A stretch of DNA of 63,089 bases, filler included, from Octopus bimaculoides (Eukaryota): assembly GCF_001194135.2 (NCBI RefSeq). It is 5 parts of 5 records of this genome, joined end to end, with 100 filler letters (N's around TTAATTAATTAA, not from the genome) between each part and the next. Parts side by side here need not be neighbours in the genome. Positions count along the whole stretch, not along the records: positions 18,771 to 31,211 come from NC_068992.1; positions 31,312 to 41,652 come from NC_069002.1; 3 more parts are not named here. One strand, written 5' to 3'. The notes under the pieces were generated by a model. That model saw nothing but the letters and a program-made list of their open reading frames with translations, ran no database searches and was not told the origin of the DNA. Positions 27,431 through 40,097 of the stretch are shown piece after piece. How positions within the stretch are numbered: position 1 is the stretch's first letter; the number at the start of each line of letters is the position of its first letter. The position numbers and the translations under genes were made by a program.

Positions 27431-28624
27431 GTGTCTATATGTGTGTGTGTGTGTGCGCGCGTGTGAGTGTGTGTGTATTTATATATATACACACATATAT
27501 ATATGTATATATATATGTTTGTATATACGTATATATTTGTATGTATGTATGCATGTATGTATGAATGCATGTATGTATTAATGCATGTGTATATGTATTC
27601 AGTTTCCTTTCAAGATTTCTTACCAATAAAGAAAAAGCTAGTTTCTAACCTATATCCACGGCTCTTTCATTGGAACATCAACATCAACGACAGCGTATTT
27701 TTCTATGTATGTATGTATACGTGCGGATTTGTATGTTCTGTTCTATGTATGTCTTCTGATGCATATATTTATATGATAAACTTCTAGAAAGTTTTACAGA
27801 TTTTTACAGTTCCAGTGATGGCTTGGATCTGTAATCTTCGAATCAGCTTTTTTCTTCCTCGTTTTGAGAAGCCGAATTTCTCAAGGTTGATATTATATTT
27901 AAGCAGTGTATGCATGTATGTGTGCATGCCTTTATGCGTGTTGTAAGTAAATGTAAACACATTCATACATAGGCACGCACACACAAGTACATGCATATAA
28001 TGAATACAGATATATAACTATGAATATATGTGTATGTGTGTATGTATGTATGTATGTATGTATGTATGTATGTATGTATGTACGTATGTGTGTGCGCCTG
28101 TCTGTGAGTACACTCAAAGCTTTCCAGGGAGTATAATTGTATATCTTCACCGATGCATATATAATTCCTTACGATTTCTCGCATACAAAAACTAAAATCT
28201 TGAACATAACAATGAATTTAATGATTTAACCTGATCATTGTATTCCTTTACATATTCCATTTTATGCGTTTACGTTATTTCATATTTTGTATTGTTATAT
28301 ATGTTCGTGTGTGAAGTTAAATACTTATTAGAAATATCGAAAATTGCCAAGTAAGTTTGTTTTAAATGCAATTATCAAACCTGGAAAAACAAAAATTTGT
28401 TAAAGGATAAATGAGCATTTATAAAAGTTGAGATCAATTACACGCAATGTCAAATCTGAACGCAGAGCATTAAATTAAAGACAATTGAATGTTTAGTATA
28501 TTGAATTGGCGCATTACAGGTGCGCAACATACACACAGACACACACATAAACACAGACGCGAACATATATTTACACTCGTGTTTTTACCTGTTTATAAAC
28601 ACCTGCGTATATGTATGTATATAC

Positions 28625-28658
<34 letters not shown>

Positions 28659-29564
28659 TCATATATATCAATGTGCCGTTAAAATTAGGATATAAGCAAT
28701 ACATGTATTCCATCCAGTGAGAGATATCATTTAATGCACACAGTACTACTGTGTGCATTAAATTGCTACTAAAGGTGTCATACCGTGGAGACACGATACT
28801 TAGTCAAATTTATATTACATGCCTTGTGTTTCCACGCAATCTTTCCGTCTCGTGACACATGAATTTTCCAATTTGAAAGCTAGGATGCTGGTCCGTGATA
28901 AAACACGACAAAAGACAAGAAGTTGGTGTAAAGATTACTAGAAGACAAAGAGTGAATAAAAATGGGAAGAAGAAAGAAAAAGAAGACCGAGTGTTGTGTC
29001 CCCTTTTCCGTAAAGTCTGCCAGATATCTTTTCAAGCTGGGGAGGGTGGTGTCTTCCAGTTCAACAATATATATTTGCCTATATGCTTGCATAAGCTGAA
29101 CATTTCGGATTTAGAATTAAGTAGTGTACTGCAATTCTTACATCTCTACTGGATGTGCGATTCTCCACGATACTCCACGATTCTCCGCTTGACTGTAAGC
29201 GATATGCAGTTCGTCTTTAGATCCTAGACATGGCTCGCCAGCTTAGCAGCTTTATTATTGCCAATATCAAAATGAAGACTAACGGTTTGCATAACGTGTC
29301 TTAAAATTGCCTTCACATTAACCGATGTGACTTTCTTTTCGATTATGTTATCTTGGAATAAGGCAGTGGCTTGGGTTTCATAAACGAATGAGTTTTTCAA
29401 GCACGTCTTATCGAGGGGATAAAACTCAGGGTGTCTACAGTTACCACTCGGAACGGGATATTAGTGAGCCTTGCGAAGCAATTGTCTCAACAACACATGA
29501 TAAATCAAGTATTGAATCCACCCTCCTTTGATGATTTCATACATGTAAACGAAGATGTGTTCTG

Positions 29565-29720
29565 AAAGAAATAGCAACGAAACCACCCGCAGTCACGCAG
29601 TGACTTTCTTGTGTCTTGAACAAGAGAGGTACCGATTCCATAACATTGCCATAGATATATCTAAGGAAACAGGAGTGTTTTAGTCGGACATGCTTGAATC
29701 ATAGGTCTACACGGGGAGGT
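29565..29720 (+). repeat. Decayed dispersed repeat (family G 3' part), related to 43700-43885
   Basis: Shared aaatagcaac.aaa and tgaat(c)ataggt.t.cac motifs in the same order. Confidence 0.45.
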
Positions 29721-30794
29721 CCCCTCCAAATATACTTATCAACTGTATTACGTATTAATTATAAATAGGATCCGTATCACATCAGTTTTAAAATAACATT
29801 ATGGAATAACTTAGCCAAATGTGTTGTAGTGACTTAACTTACAACAGCAATGTCTGACTATTACAATATACACGTAGTTATGCTTAGAATCGAGTATCGA
29901 AACAGCTTGTCACTTTTTAGTCACTTTGTCTCTTGTTCGTCATCTTTTCATTTATTTCCAGTTCTTTTTTTTTTCATACCTATACAGCTAATTGCTTACA
30001 TCTACCATATAGTAATAAAAGTATATGTGAAGTATGGTTGAATGTTTCAGAAATATGTCTCGTAACCACGATTCTACTGTATGAAATGCAGGGCATATGT
30101 TATTGCCTATATCCTGTGATTGAAATTTGGTTGACAGATAATGTATAGAAACCCAGAAGGAATTTTATCTACAATTTGAAAGGTGATCTTGAAACACGCC
30201 TGAGTATTCCATTAAGAATATATGCATTCGTGAAATACTCCGTTCCTTACAAGCTACTCACTAGCTAGTTATTTAGTTGATTAAATAACCGAATCCTCGT
30301 CGTCGATCAACGTACGTCCATCGCCAGTTTAATGATGTATTTATATTGAACAAATTCATGATGCAGCCATTCTTTTCTGTGGATTTCATCGCTCTTTTAT
30401 AGTATATAAAGTCAATTTCTACTAACAACTCTAACTAAAATCCATAACAAAAACTTGAACATGCAAAATATTCACTATGCACAAGATAGTTATTAACAGA
30501 TATACTTTATTCACTATCTACAGCACTTATATCAATGACATATAAGGTAAGATCTGATGATGAGAAGACGATCAGGTATTTTTTATGACATGTATTTAAT
30601 TCATGTATCTCTATTTCCTATATTACAGTAGAAAAACTCTTAAAATATTGAAAAACATGAATCCAAAATAACTCCAATTCTCCATATACACTAATGTATA
30701 TGCAAACATATAAATACATACACACACACACACACACATATATATCTTTTTATGTATATANNNNNNNNNNNNNNNNNNNNNNNNNNNNNNNNNN

Positions 30795-30826
<32 letters not shown>

Positions 30827-31160
30827 CATGTAAATAAGAATACACATGAAGTTCAACTATAACAATGTATAAATAATGTACATATAATGATAAGTACACG
30901 CACACAAGCACATATATATGCATGCATGTGTGTACATGTATGTATGAGCACGCTCAAAATTTCATGCCTATGTTGTACACTTATATATGAAAAAGCGGAC
31001 ATGAATATATATGCATAGGAAGAAAGAAATAAAAATAAAGTGTATATACATGATACATGCACACGCATATATGCACATATAATTATATATACATATATGT
31101 ATATGGATGTATACATATAAATATATAGCCATATATATACGTGTATATAGATATATGTAC

Positions 31161-31211
<51 letters not shown>

Positions 31212-31339
31212 NNNNNNNNNNNNNNNNNNNNNNNNNNNNNNNNNNNNNNNNNNNNTTAATTAATTAANNNNNNNNNNNNNNNNNNNNNNNNNNNNNNNNN
31301 NNNNNNNNNNNCAAAAAAATACGAAGTATGAGTACATGG

Positions 31340-31620
31340 AATATGAACTGTTTTTTCGAACAACGAAAGGCACAAATGGAAAACAGGACAGACAACAGAA
31401 AGAACAACCCTTCAGTTGTTGGCTGTTTTTCTACTCCCGTATTTCAAGCATTTAACAATAATATATGCTTTTGATAAAACAATTGCTCCCGCAAAGCAAA
31501 TTAAATAAAATTTGGGATTTTGCAGAGGGTCAAAATTGGTAGCACAAGCAGGACAGTGAAAACAAATAAGAAGGGCTGCTAATCCTAAACGATGTTGTGG
31601 TGGCAAACACGTAAATCAAG
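31340..31620. repeat. Dispersed repeat homologous to 40740-40950 (likely PLE pseudo-LTR type)
   Basis: 31-nt identity gcaaagcaaattaaataaaatttgggatttt plus flanking similarity; PLE assignment is inference. Confidence 0.7.
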
Positions 31621-32204
31621 CTTGGACAGGAGACAGACAAGAACACGTCTTCTTTGTTCCAGCAACAAGGGAGAGAAAGAAAGAAACATAAGTTAGGAGA
31701 AGAAAGAAAGATGGCTGATGGTGACGTGGGACCCACATGAGCAAGGGAGGAGGAATGAGGGAGAGAGAGTGACAGAGTAATAGGATAGAATAGTGGGAGA
31801 AGAGGAGGTAAAAGAATAAGAGAGAGAAAGAGAGAAAATGAAAGAGTAAAAAGATCTACTCTATTCTCTAAATTTGCATATATATATATTCAAATTTAGG
31901 GAATGGAGTAAATAAAATCCAGGCTGCATGTTTCATATGGATTTTTATTCTTATACACAGCAACCCCAGCTGTGAACAGTGATCTATAAAATAACCCCTT
32001 TTTCAGCTTATTGAACTTCGATATGGGAGAAATTTACAACCTTCTTTGTCAATGAAGCACTATTTTTTTGTAAGTTGATTGCTCAAAACTTGCTAACTTC
32101 CTACAGCTTGATCCTACAGGTTTTACATATATATATGTGTGTATATGTGTTGTGTATGTGTGTGGGGGGTGTCATTATTTTTGTGTTGGTCCCTCCCAAC
32201 ATTT

Positions 32205-32362
32205 GACAACTGTTGCTATCTTGCTTACAGCCCCATAACTACATGGTTTGGCAAATGAGTACTAGACTTAAAGCATAACCATGGGGTTGATTTGACTAAA
32301 CCCATTAAGGCATTGCTCTAGCATGGCTGCAGTCCAATGACCAAAACCAGTAAAAGAATAGA
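32205..32362 (+). mobile_element. 3' half of SINE family C (CpG-decayed)
   Basis: Reverse-complement match to 53000-53180, ending ccagtaaaagaatag. Confidence 0.75.
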
Positions 32363-32733
32363 TATATAAATAATTTAAAAGTGTGCTGGAAGGTAGAACG
32401 TGTTACCATTAGATAAACAGTTCCACACTCCACTCTTGTACTGCAAGTGTGGTTTTGCTGATGATAGTGAAGAAGTGTGCTGGCTGGAATGTGCAACAGG
32501 CCATTTCACTTGTATTACTGCAACACTTGGTTTAACAAAAAACATGTGTGTTGTATATGTTATTAAGCCTTTAAAAAAAACAGTTCGATTTTCTGCATGT
32601 GGTATGTATTTTTTCAATGTATAATATCAAATGTTTCTCCACTATTTTTAACATTTTTTAATATTTCAGCTGCTCAGGATGCAAAAGCTGCTTATTGTAT
32701 GAACTTATAGGAAGTCCATTATAGGGACTTCTG

Positions 32734-33042
32734 TGTTGTTGTTTGTTCCTTCTCAAGCCATTGCCTGGCTCATAACGGCAAGTTTCCCAGTTTCATTGAC
32801 ATATAGGTTCGACACCTGGATGGGACGCCGGTCCATCACATGTGAGCTGCTAAATGCTGGAGGAAAGAGTGAGAGAAAGTTGTGACAAAAGAGTCAGCAG
32901 AAGTTCGCCATTACCTTCTGCCAGACCACGTGCAGCTTAGGTGTTTCATTCATAAACACACACATCACCTGGTCTGAGATTCGCACTCTCAATCTCTTGA
33001 GTGCAAGACTGCTGCTCTAACCACTAGGCCATGTGCCTCCAC
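32734..33042 (-). mobile_element. SINE with family-A head and body but a different 3' module (A')
   Basis: 32860-33042 aligns with family A; 32734-32860 does not and instead carries gatggaccggcgtcccatccagg and a (CAA)n tail. Confidence 0.8.
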
Positions 33043-33228
33043 TTTGTACAAGAGTAATTTCAATAAATGTCTCTTTCAGTGATATACATGTATATGTGTG
33101 TGTATGTATTAATATATATACTATGTGTGTGTGTGTGTGTATACTTTGTATATATCAATATATATATATATATATACATATATAATATTTTCAACTTCAT
33201 AAGGCTTAATATGCCCCAATTCAAGCGA

Positions 33229-33500
33229 GTGCCAGATTGGCGTAGTCGTGTAGGCCTGCGCCTCTGGAGCCGGCAATCCGGGCTCGATCCCACTGGGACT
33301 GTGAGAAAAAAGAACCCTCACACCTGGGTCATCCAAGTGCTCGCCAGTGTACCCAGTTGTGAAACCAATCCCATCTAAGGCGTACTAAAATGGATATCAG
33401 ATGGACATCCGGGAGTCATGACTCGGATGTAGCCCAACCCCACTAGAGTGTCAGGAGTTAAGGGTCGAAACACTTGCCTAAAGGGGGTTACACTCTCCCT
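33229..33500 (+). mobile_element. Single-copy, GC-rich tRNA-headed SINE-like element
   Basis: A box TGGCGTAGTCG (33238-33248), B-like box GGGCTCGATCCC (33280-33291), central ccagtgtacccagttgtgaa motif; 3' end uncertain. Confidence 0.55.
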
Positions 33501-33942
33501 GAGTTTCTTTGTTTCTTTCAACTCTCTCTCTCTCTCTCTCTCTCTGTATGTGTANNNNNNNNNNNNNNNNNNNNNNNNNNNNNNNNNNNNNNNNNNNNNN
33601 NNNNNNNNNNNNNNNNNNNNNNNNNNNNNNNNNNNNNNNNNNNNNNNNNNNNNNNNNNNNNNNNNNNNNNNNNNNNNNNNNNNNNNNNNNNNNNNNNNNN
33701 NNNNNNNNNNNNNNNNNNNNNNNNNNNNNNNNNNNNNNNNNNNNNNNNNNNNNNNNNNNNNNNNNNNNNNNNNNNNNNNATATATATATATATATATAAT
33801 ATTTTGGACAGATGGGTATATGTTGATATTAGCATGCTGAAGTGTTTAGTAGAGCACTGTTTGGGCTTCCTGGTGTCATCCACAGTCAGGATATATTCAT
33901 TCCCATTGGATCAACTTCAGGAACTCTGCAGTGTTAGTTGAG

Positions 33943-33983
<41 letters not shown>

Positions 33984-34026
33984 TTCTTAAATAACCAGAT
34001 GATGGACTTAGTATTAATCTTTATTT

Positions 34027-34129
34027 TGTACAACGGTCATTTCGACCCATCCTGCTACTGTCCCTTATGGGTGGGGCTCTGTTCAACATGTGTTGCACGC
34101 GTTTTGCAGTCTGGGTCTCATCAGGTGCA
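34027..34129 (-). ncRNA. Type I hammerhead ribozyme candidate with extended stem II
   Basis: UGCAC-CUGAUGA-GACCCA-GA-CUGC-(50 nt)-GCAG-GA-UGGGUC-GAAA-UGACCG-UU-GUACA; all catalytic-core positions present. Confidence 0.6.
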
Positions 34130-35159
34130 TCCATACATAAAGTTGTGTCTTGTTAAAGATCCTGAGTTTTGGCTGTCATGTTGTTATATGCTCGTCTGGT
34201 TAGAGAATGAAACATTGCTACAATTTTCAATTACTATTAAAATTCTATAAGAATTACAAATATTTGTAAATATTGGCAAATAACTGTTGATTAAAAAACA
34301 AAAAAAATTGTAGAGGAAGTGAATGGAAGAATGGGGATGAGTTACATTTGGGTTTAAGTCAAAGGAATGGTACCAGAAAAAAGAAAGGGAAAAATATAGG
34401 CAGGCTAGAATGTCTGGTGGATGAAGGGTTGTTTAGCTAGCTAGCTTAGGTCAGGATGAGTATACATACATTTGCATGCACACGCTTGTACATACATACA
34501 TACATACATACATACATACATACATACACTCACACAAGGGATATTAGCCCACCCGCCCATATGGNNNNNNNNNNNNNNNNNNNNNNNNNNNNNNNNNNNN
34601 NNNNNNNNNNNNNNNNNNNNNNNNNNNNNNNNNNNNNNNNNNNNNNNNNNNNNNNNNNNNNNNNNNNNNNNNNNNNNNNNNNNNNNNNNNNNNNNNNNNN
34701 NNNNNNNNNNNNNNNNNNNNNNNNNNNNNNNNNNNNNNNNNNNNNNNNNNNNNNNNNNNNNNNNNNNNNNNNNNNNNNNNNNNNNNNNNNNNNNNNNNNN
34801 NNNNNNNNNNNNNNNNNNNNNNNNNNNNNNNNNNNNNNNNNNNNNNNNNNNNNNNNNNNNNNNNNNNNNNNNNNNNNNNNNNNNNNNNNNNNNNNNNNNN
34901 NNNNNNCATACATATGTCCATGTGTATATTTACATATACATAATCACGTATCCACCCACATCCATAGATATATTTTTATATACACATGCATTCTCCCCCA
35001 TGCACAGAAATGTATACATATACCCATACATATACATGTATACACACACACACATTCACATGTATATATATATTTATATACACATGCATGTGTATATATC
35101 TACATATACATATATATATTTTCATACACACATGCATGTGTGACCCACTCAGAATGTAA

Positions 35160-35224
35160 TGGCAGTTGAAATACCGCTGAGCATTTCGCCCGGCATGCTA
35201 ATGATTCTGCCAGCTCACTGCCCT
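35160..35224 (-). mobile_element. 5' fragment of SINE family B
   Basis: gaaataccgctgagcatttcgcccggcatgctaatgattctgccagctcactgcc. Confidence 0.8.
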
Positions 35225-35951
35225 AAATTTTTTCTTCTTTTTTTTAGAATTGTGTTGTCTGCGAGAAGAGACTTAATAGATCGCAATGTGGTAGTTGCTC
35301 TACTAAGCACACCACTATCAATGGCAAGTTGAATCACATGCAAGCGATCCTTTTCATCTTGATCTCTTTGAACAAGTTGGGTCGGACATCAATGATGATG
35401 AAGCCGCGAGGTCCCAGATAGACAATTCCACTGGTGATGCTGCCACTTGCTCCATGAATGTGATCAGCAGATGGCGAGCTAAGGCATGCACCTTGAGGTT
35501 GAGATGTTTTTGGAAAACAACTCGAGTCCAGCTACGGTTTTGGCTTAGAGGCATTCAGCCGTTATCGCTCAGAGGCAGCCTGGCACCACTATCGAGCGAT
35601 TGTGCAAACCGTTGCTCTGATCCTGTGGTTCCTCTTGTACTGGATGGGATAGCCATAGTTGAGTTGACATTGCTAGCACCCGCTGAGGTCGGCGGAAGCG
35701 ATGGACGACGTGCAAGCGCACCGCAGCAGCCATGCACCAATCCCCCCAATGTGATATGTAAAGTTACATATCTGAACTTATATGAACATCAATGTCTGCA
35801 CACAAGTGTAAAGATAGGGAAAGGCATATTTTTACCTCTTCTAGATCATTCATCTCTTACGTTAGTTCAGACATTGTGCTCTAATATCTTTTAGTTTCCA
35901 TACTTTAATGATTCATGGTTGTTTCCCAAGGTATCATGTAGGAACAGGTAA

Positions 35952-36315
35952 TTGTAGCACTCCGTCAGTTATGATAATGAGGGTTCCAGTTGATCCGATC
36001 AACAGAACAGCTTGCTTGTGAAATTAACGTGTAAGTGGCTGAGCACTCCACAGACACGTGTACCCTTAACATAGTTCTCGGGGAGATTAATCGTGACACA
36101 GTGTGTGTCAAGGCAGGTACAACAGAAACAGGAAGAAAGAGTGAGGAAAAAGTTGAGGTGAAAGAGTACAGCTGAGTCCCCCCCCCCCTGCCAGAGTCTT
36201 GTGGAGCTTTAGGTGTTTTTGCTCAATAAACACTCACAACACTGTCTGGGAAGTGAAACCACGATCCCACGACCGCGAGTCTGTTGCCTTAACCACTGGG
36301 CCATTGTGCCTCCAC
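35952..36315 (-). mobile_element. SINE family A copy (CpG-decayed)
   Basis: Colinear with 1396-1781. Confidence 0.9.
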
Positions 36316-36559
36316 TGGAACATGTATAATCAACACAATAAAGCAAATTTTTGTCTCATTACTTAAATCAATCTTTTACATTTTTTGAAAAGGCTGCACT
36401 CTAGTTACTTTCTGTGGCATGTTGGAAGTGTCCTATGTGAACATACCTAAATACATGTAGTGCTCAAATCTAGTCTTTCTTTAGTATATGCTCCATGGTT
36501 GCAGTTCAAGAGGTTTCCAATTGGTGCGGGGGTTATATATATATATATATATGTATATG

Positions 36560-36710
36560 TATAGGTGCAAGTGTGGCTGTGTGCTAGGAATTTTGTTTCC
36601 CAACCACATGGTTCTAGGTTCAGTCTCACTACATAAAACCTTGGGTAAGTGTTTTGGGCCAACCAAAGCCTTGTGAGTAAATTTGGTAGAGGGAGACTGA
36701 AAGAAGCGTG

Positions 36711-36715
<5 letters not shown>
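36560..36715 (+). mobile_element. 5' half of SINE family C ending in a (TA)n tract
   Basis: Matches 42010-42170 with CpG decay and a small deletion. Confidence 0.85.
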
Positions 36716-36747
<32 letters not shown>

Positions 36748-36772
36748 TAGATATATATAGATAGATATATAT

Positions 36773-36824
<52 letters not shown>

Positions 36825-36849
36825 TAGATATATATAGATAGATATATAT

Positions 36850-36882
<33 letters not shown>

Positions 36883-37351
36883 ATGATGTATGCATATAGA
36901 AAAATTTATGATAATGAAAATTGTTGGAACAAATAATTAATTGCTCGTATATCCTTCCTGATCAAGGGGTATCCATCAGTGGGTTATATCTCTATATTCT
37001 CTGTGGGGTCATAGGAAACAGGCCTGGGACATTTATGTGAATTAGTGGAGTAAGCAATCCAAGCCATAACAGACGATCAAATCAGGGGGTTACGAGTTCC
37101 GTTTGCTGGGGGTTTACTTGCAGCACTGACTGTTTGCCATCCAAACCATACACACCAACAGACTATATAAATTTATTTGGATATTTTTCTATAAAAGCAA
37201 TATCTGACAAATAATTGATTAATATGTCAATATATCATTCTATGAACATCACTTTTCCATTTATATGATTCCATTTGGTTCTTCTTTTAAATTTTTATGG
37301 CATTTTCTTTACATTTTGTCTTTATGTTATTTCTTATAAAATCATTTGCTG

Positions 37352-37473
37352 ATTCTTCTTCTTCTTCTTCTTCTTCTTCTTCTTCTTCTTCTTCTTTCAC
37401 CTTTTCTTGTTGTTCTTCCTTTTCTTCACTCCTCTTCTTCTTCTTCTTCTTCTTCTTCTTCTTCTTCTTCTTC
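37352..37473. repeat. (TTC)n microsatellite
   Basis: Directly visible. Confidence 0.95.
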
Positions 37474-37894
37474 AACAAAATCTGGCATATTTGTCAAAAA
37501 AAAAATTCCTTTGCTTATGTATGTCTATTGATGTCAACCTATTTGTATACATACATGTGTGTTTATATATATGTGTTGTGTCTATGTATACACACACATG
37601 TGTGTATACATACATACACGCATGCATGCATGCATACGTGTATGTATATATATATTGTGTCTATGTATACACATACATGTGTATGTATATATATGTGTGT
37701 CTTTGCATATATGATTGTATATTCATTGTAAGTTCGTTATTTTCTGTTTACTTCATTATACAAGAAACAAAATTATTCATTTACAATTTATTTATTGAGT
37801 CAATATATGCACCCACTTCTATACATGTATATGTAGTATGTGTGTATACACTCCTTCAATATATTTATGTATACATGTTGTTTGTGTGTGTATG

Positions 37895-37926
<32 letters not shown>

Positions 37927-38136
37927 TATATTATACAGTCATTTCAATAGGTAGTATATGTCTATTTCGATGTATATGCATTGTGTGTGTGTATATATAT
38001 ACATGTTAGTACCTTGGTGAATATATATATGTCACTTGTATAAGCATGTCTATATTGATATAAATGTATTTGGTGTATGTATATATGTGTCTACTTCAAT
38101 AAATATGTAGAAATATATATGATGTGCATATATACA

Positions 38137-38192
<56 letters not shown>

Positions 38193-38861
38193 NNNNNNNN
38201 NNNNNNNNNNNNNNNNNNNNNNNNNNNNNNNNNNNNNNNNNNNNNNNNNNNNNNNNNNNNNNNNNNNNNNNNNNNNNNNNNNNNNNNNNNNNNNNNNNNN
38301 NNNNNNNNNNNNNNNNNNNNNNNNNNNNNNNNNNNNNNNNNNNNNNNNNNNNNNNNNNNNNNNNNNNNNNNNNNNNNNNNNNNNNNNNNNNNNNNNNNNN
38401 NNNNNNNNNNNNNNNNNNNNNNNNNNNNNNNNNNNNNNNNNNNNNNNNNNNNNNNNNNNNNNNNNNNNNNNNNNNNNNNNNNNNNNNNNNNNNNNNNNNN
38501 NNNNNNNNNNNNNNNNNNNNNNNNNNNNNNNNNNNNNNNNNNNNNNNNNNNNNNNNNNNNNNNNNNNNNNNNNNNNNNNNNNNNNNNNNNNNNNNNNNNN
38601 NNNNNNNNNNNNNNNNNNNNNNNNNNNNNNNNNNNNNNNNNNNNNNNNNNNNNNNNNNNNNNNNNNNNNNNNNNNNNNNNNNNNNNNNNNNNNNNNNNNN
38701 NNNNNNNNNNNNNNNNNNNNNNNNNNNNNNNNNNNNNNNNNNNNNNNNNNNNNNNNNNNNNNNNNNNNNNNNNNNNNNNNNNNNNNNNNNNNNNNNNNNN
38801 NNNNNNNNNNNNNNNNNNNNNNNNNNNNNNNNNNNNNNNNNNNNNNNNNNNNNNNNNNNNN

Positions 38862-38897
<36 letters not shown>

Positions 38898-39796
38898 GTT
38901 GTGTATGTATGTGTCTGTCGAGTGTGTAAATGTTTTGCTAAACAACCAGGGTATGTTTGTGTTTTGGGTGACAGAGTTGAAATAAACCATGTTGTGTGTG
39001 GAGTGGGAGAAGGAGGAATTTTAAAAATACTATGTTTTCACCAAATAAAATTCTCTGCTATTTCATCGTTTCAATATAACTTGAAAGAAATTCTCTTGTC
39101 TCCATATGGTTATTAACCATACTTTCATTGGAATTGCGTTCAATATTTTCTTGCTTTTTTTGTTCTATAATTCTATTCATTTGTTTATTTATTTATTTAA
39201 CTATTTATTTATTTCTGCCAAATATTTCTTTCTTTCCTCTTTTTTTTTTTTTTTTTCCCACCTTTTCAAACTCTGCAACTTCATATAAAACTTCTTGGAA
39301 AAGTTAAAAAGCAACAGAAAATCAAAAAATAATAAGTAACTTATGCAAATTATCAGGAGCAATAATGAACAAAACATAAATTAAAAAATAAGAAACAAAA
39401 AACACAAATTAGCTGTAAATTGCCATTTGCCCTATTTGGTATAAAAGCTCCTTGCTGTGTCTTGATAATGGGGTAACGTTTCAAACCATTTATGTCACCT
39501 CTAATCTTTTGTAAAATACCATGTTCTCATTGGTTTGGTTACCATTTTTTTTGCAGAAAGCCTTATTTGAATGTATATATACACACATGTGTGTGTGAGT
39601 ACTGTAATTCTAAGGTATCATGTAGTCTGACACTGTTTTAATATCCATTCTGAATGAGAAGTCTGTTAAAGGTGCACATGTCTGTGGAATTCTCACATTC
39701 TTGTGTGTGTATATGAATATATATACAAGCAGGCAGAGAGATTCTTTTATATATTTGTATATGGTTATTATTTCATATCTGACCAATGACTACTCA

Positions 39797-40097
39797 GAAA
39801 CTGGGATGTGTCCAGTTACTCGTTTGATTAAGGAGTGACAGCTCAGACTGTTTGGCCATGTGGCTCAGTTTTCCAAGTTAGACTCTTTTCACTGTATCCT
39901 CTTCGCTGAAGATCTGGATGGGTTGATGGTTCATGCTGGTTGACCACATATCACATGGTCATGGCAGATGAGGAGGAATCTCACAGAGATGGGGACTGAC
40001 TGAGACTCTAACTGACAGACAGGTCACCCAGGAATCTACCAACAAACGGCGAATGCAGCAATGTGCTGCAATGGCATATTCCCCTCACCTAACCTAA
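39797..40097 (+). pseudogene. RTE-clade LINE 3' end (C-terminus of RT ORF and tail)
   Basis: ETGMCPVTRLIKE*QLRLFGHVAQ...HAG*PHITW matches the RTE-type RQLRLFGHVAR...GRPRITW region; ends in a cctaacctaa tail. Confidence 0.8.

Noticed and set aside
36743-36862. Duplicated block agatagatatatattgtgtgcgcg within (TA)n
   Set aside because: Slippage or assembly duplication inside a microsatellite.
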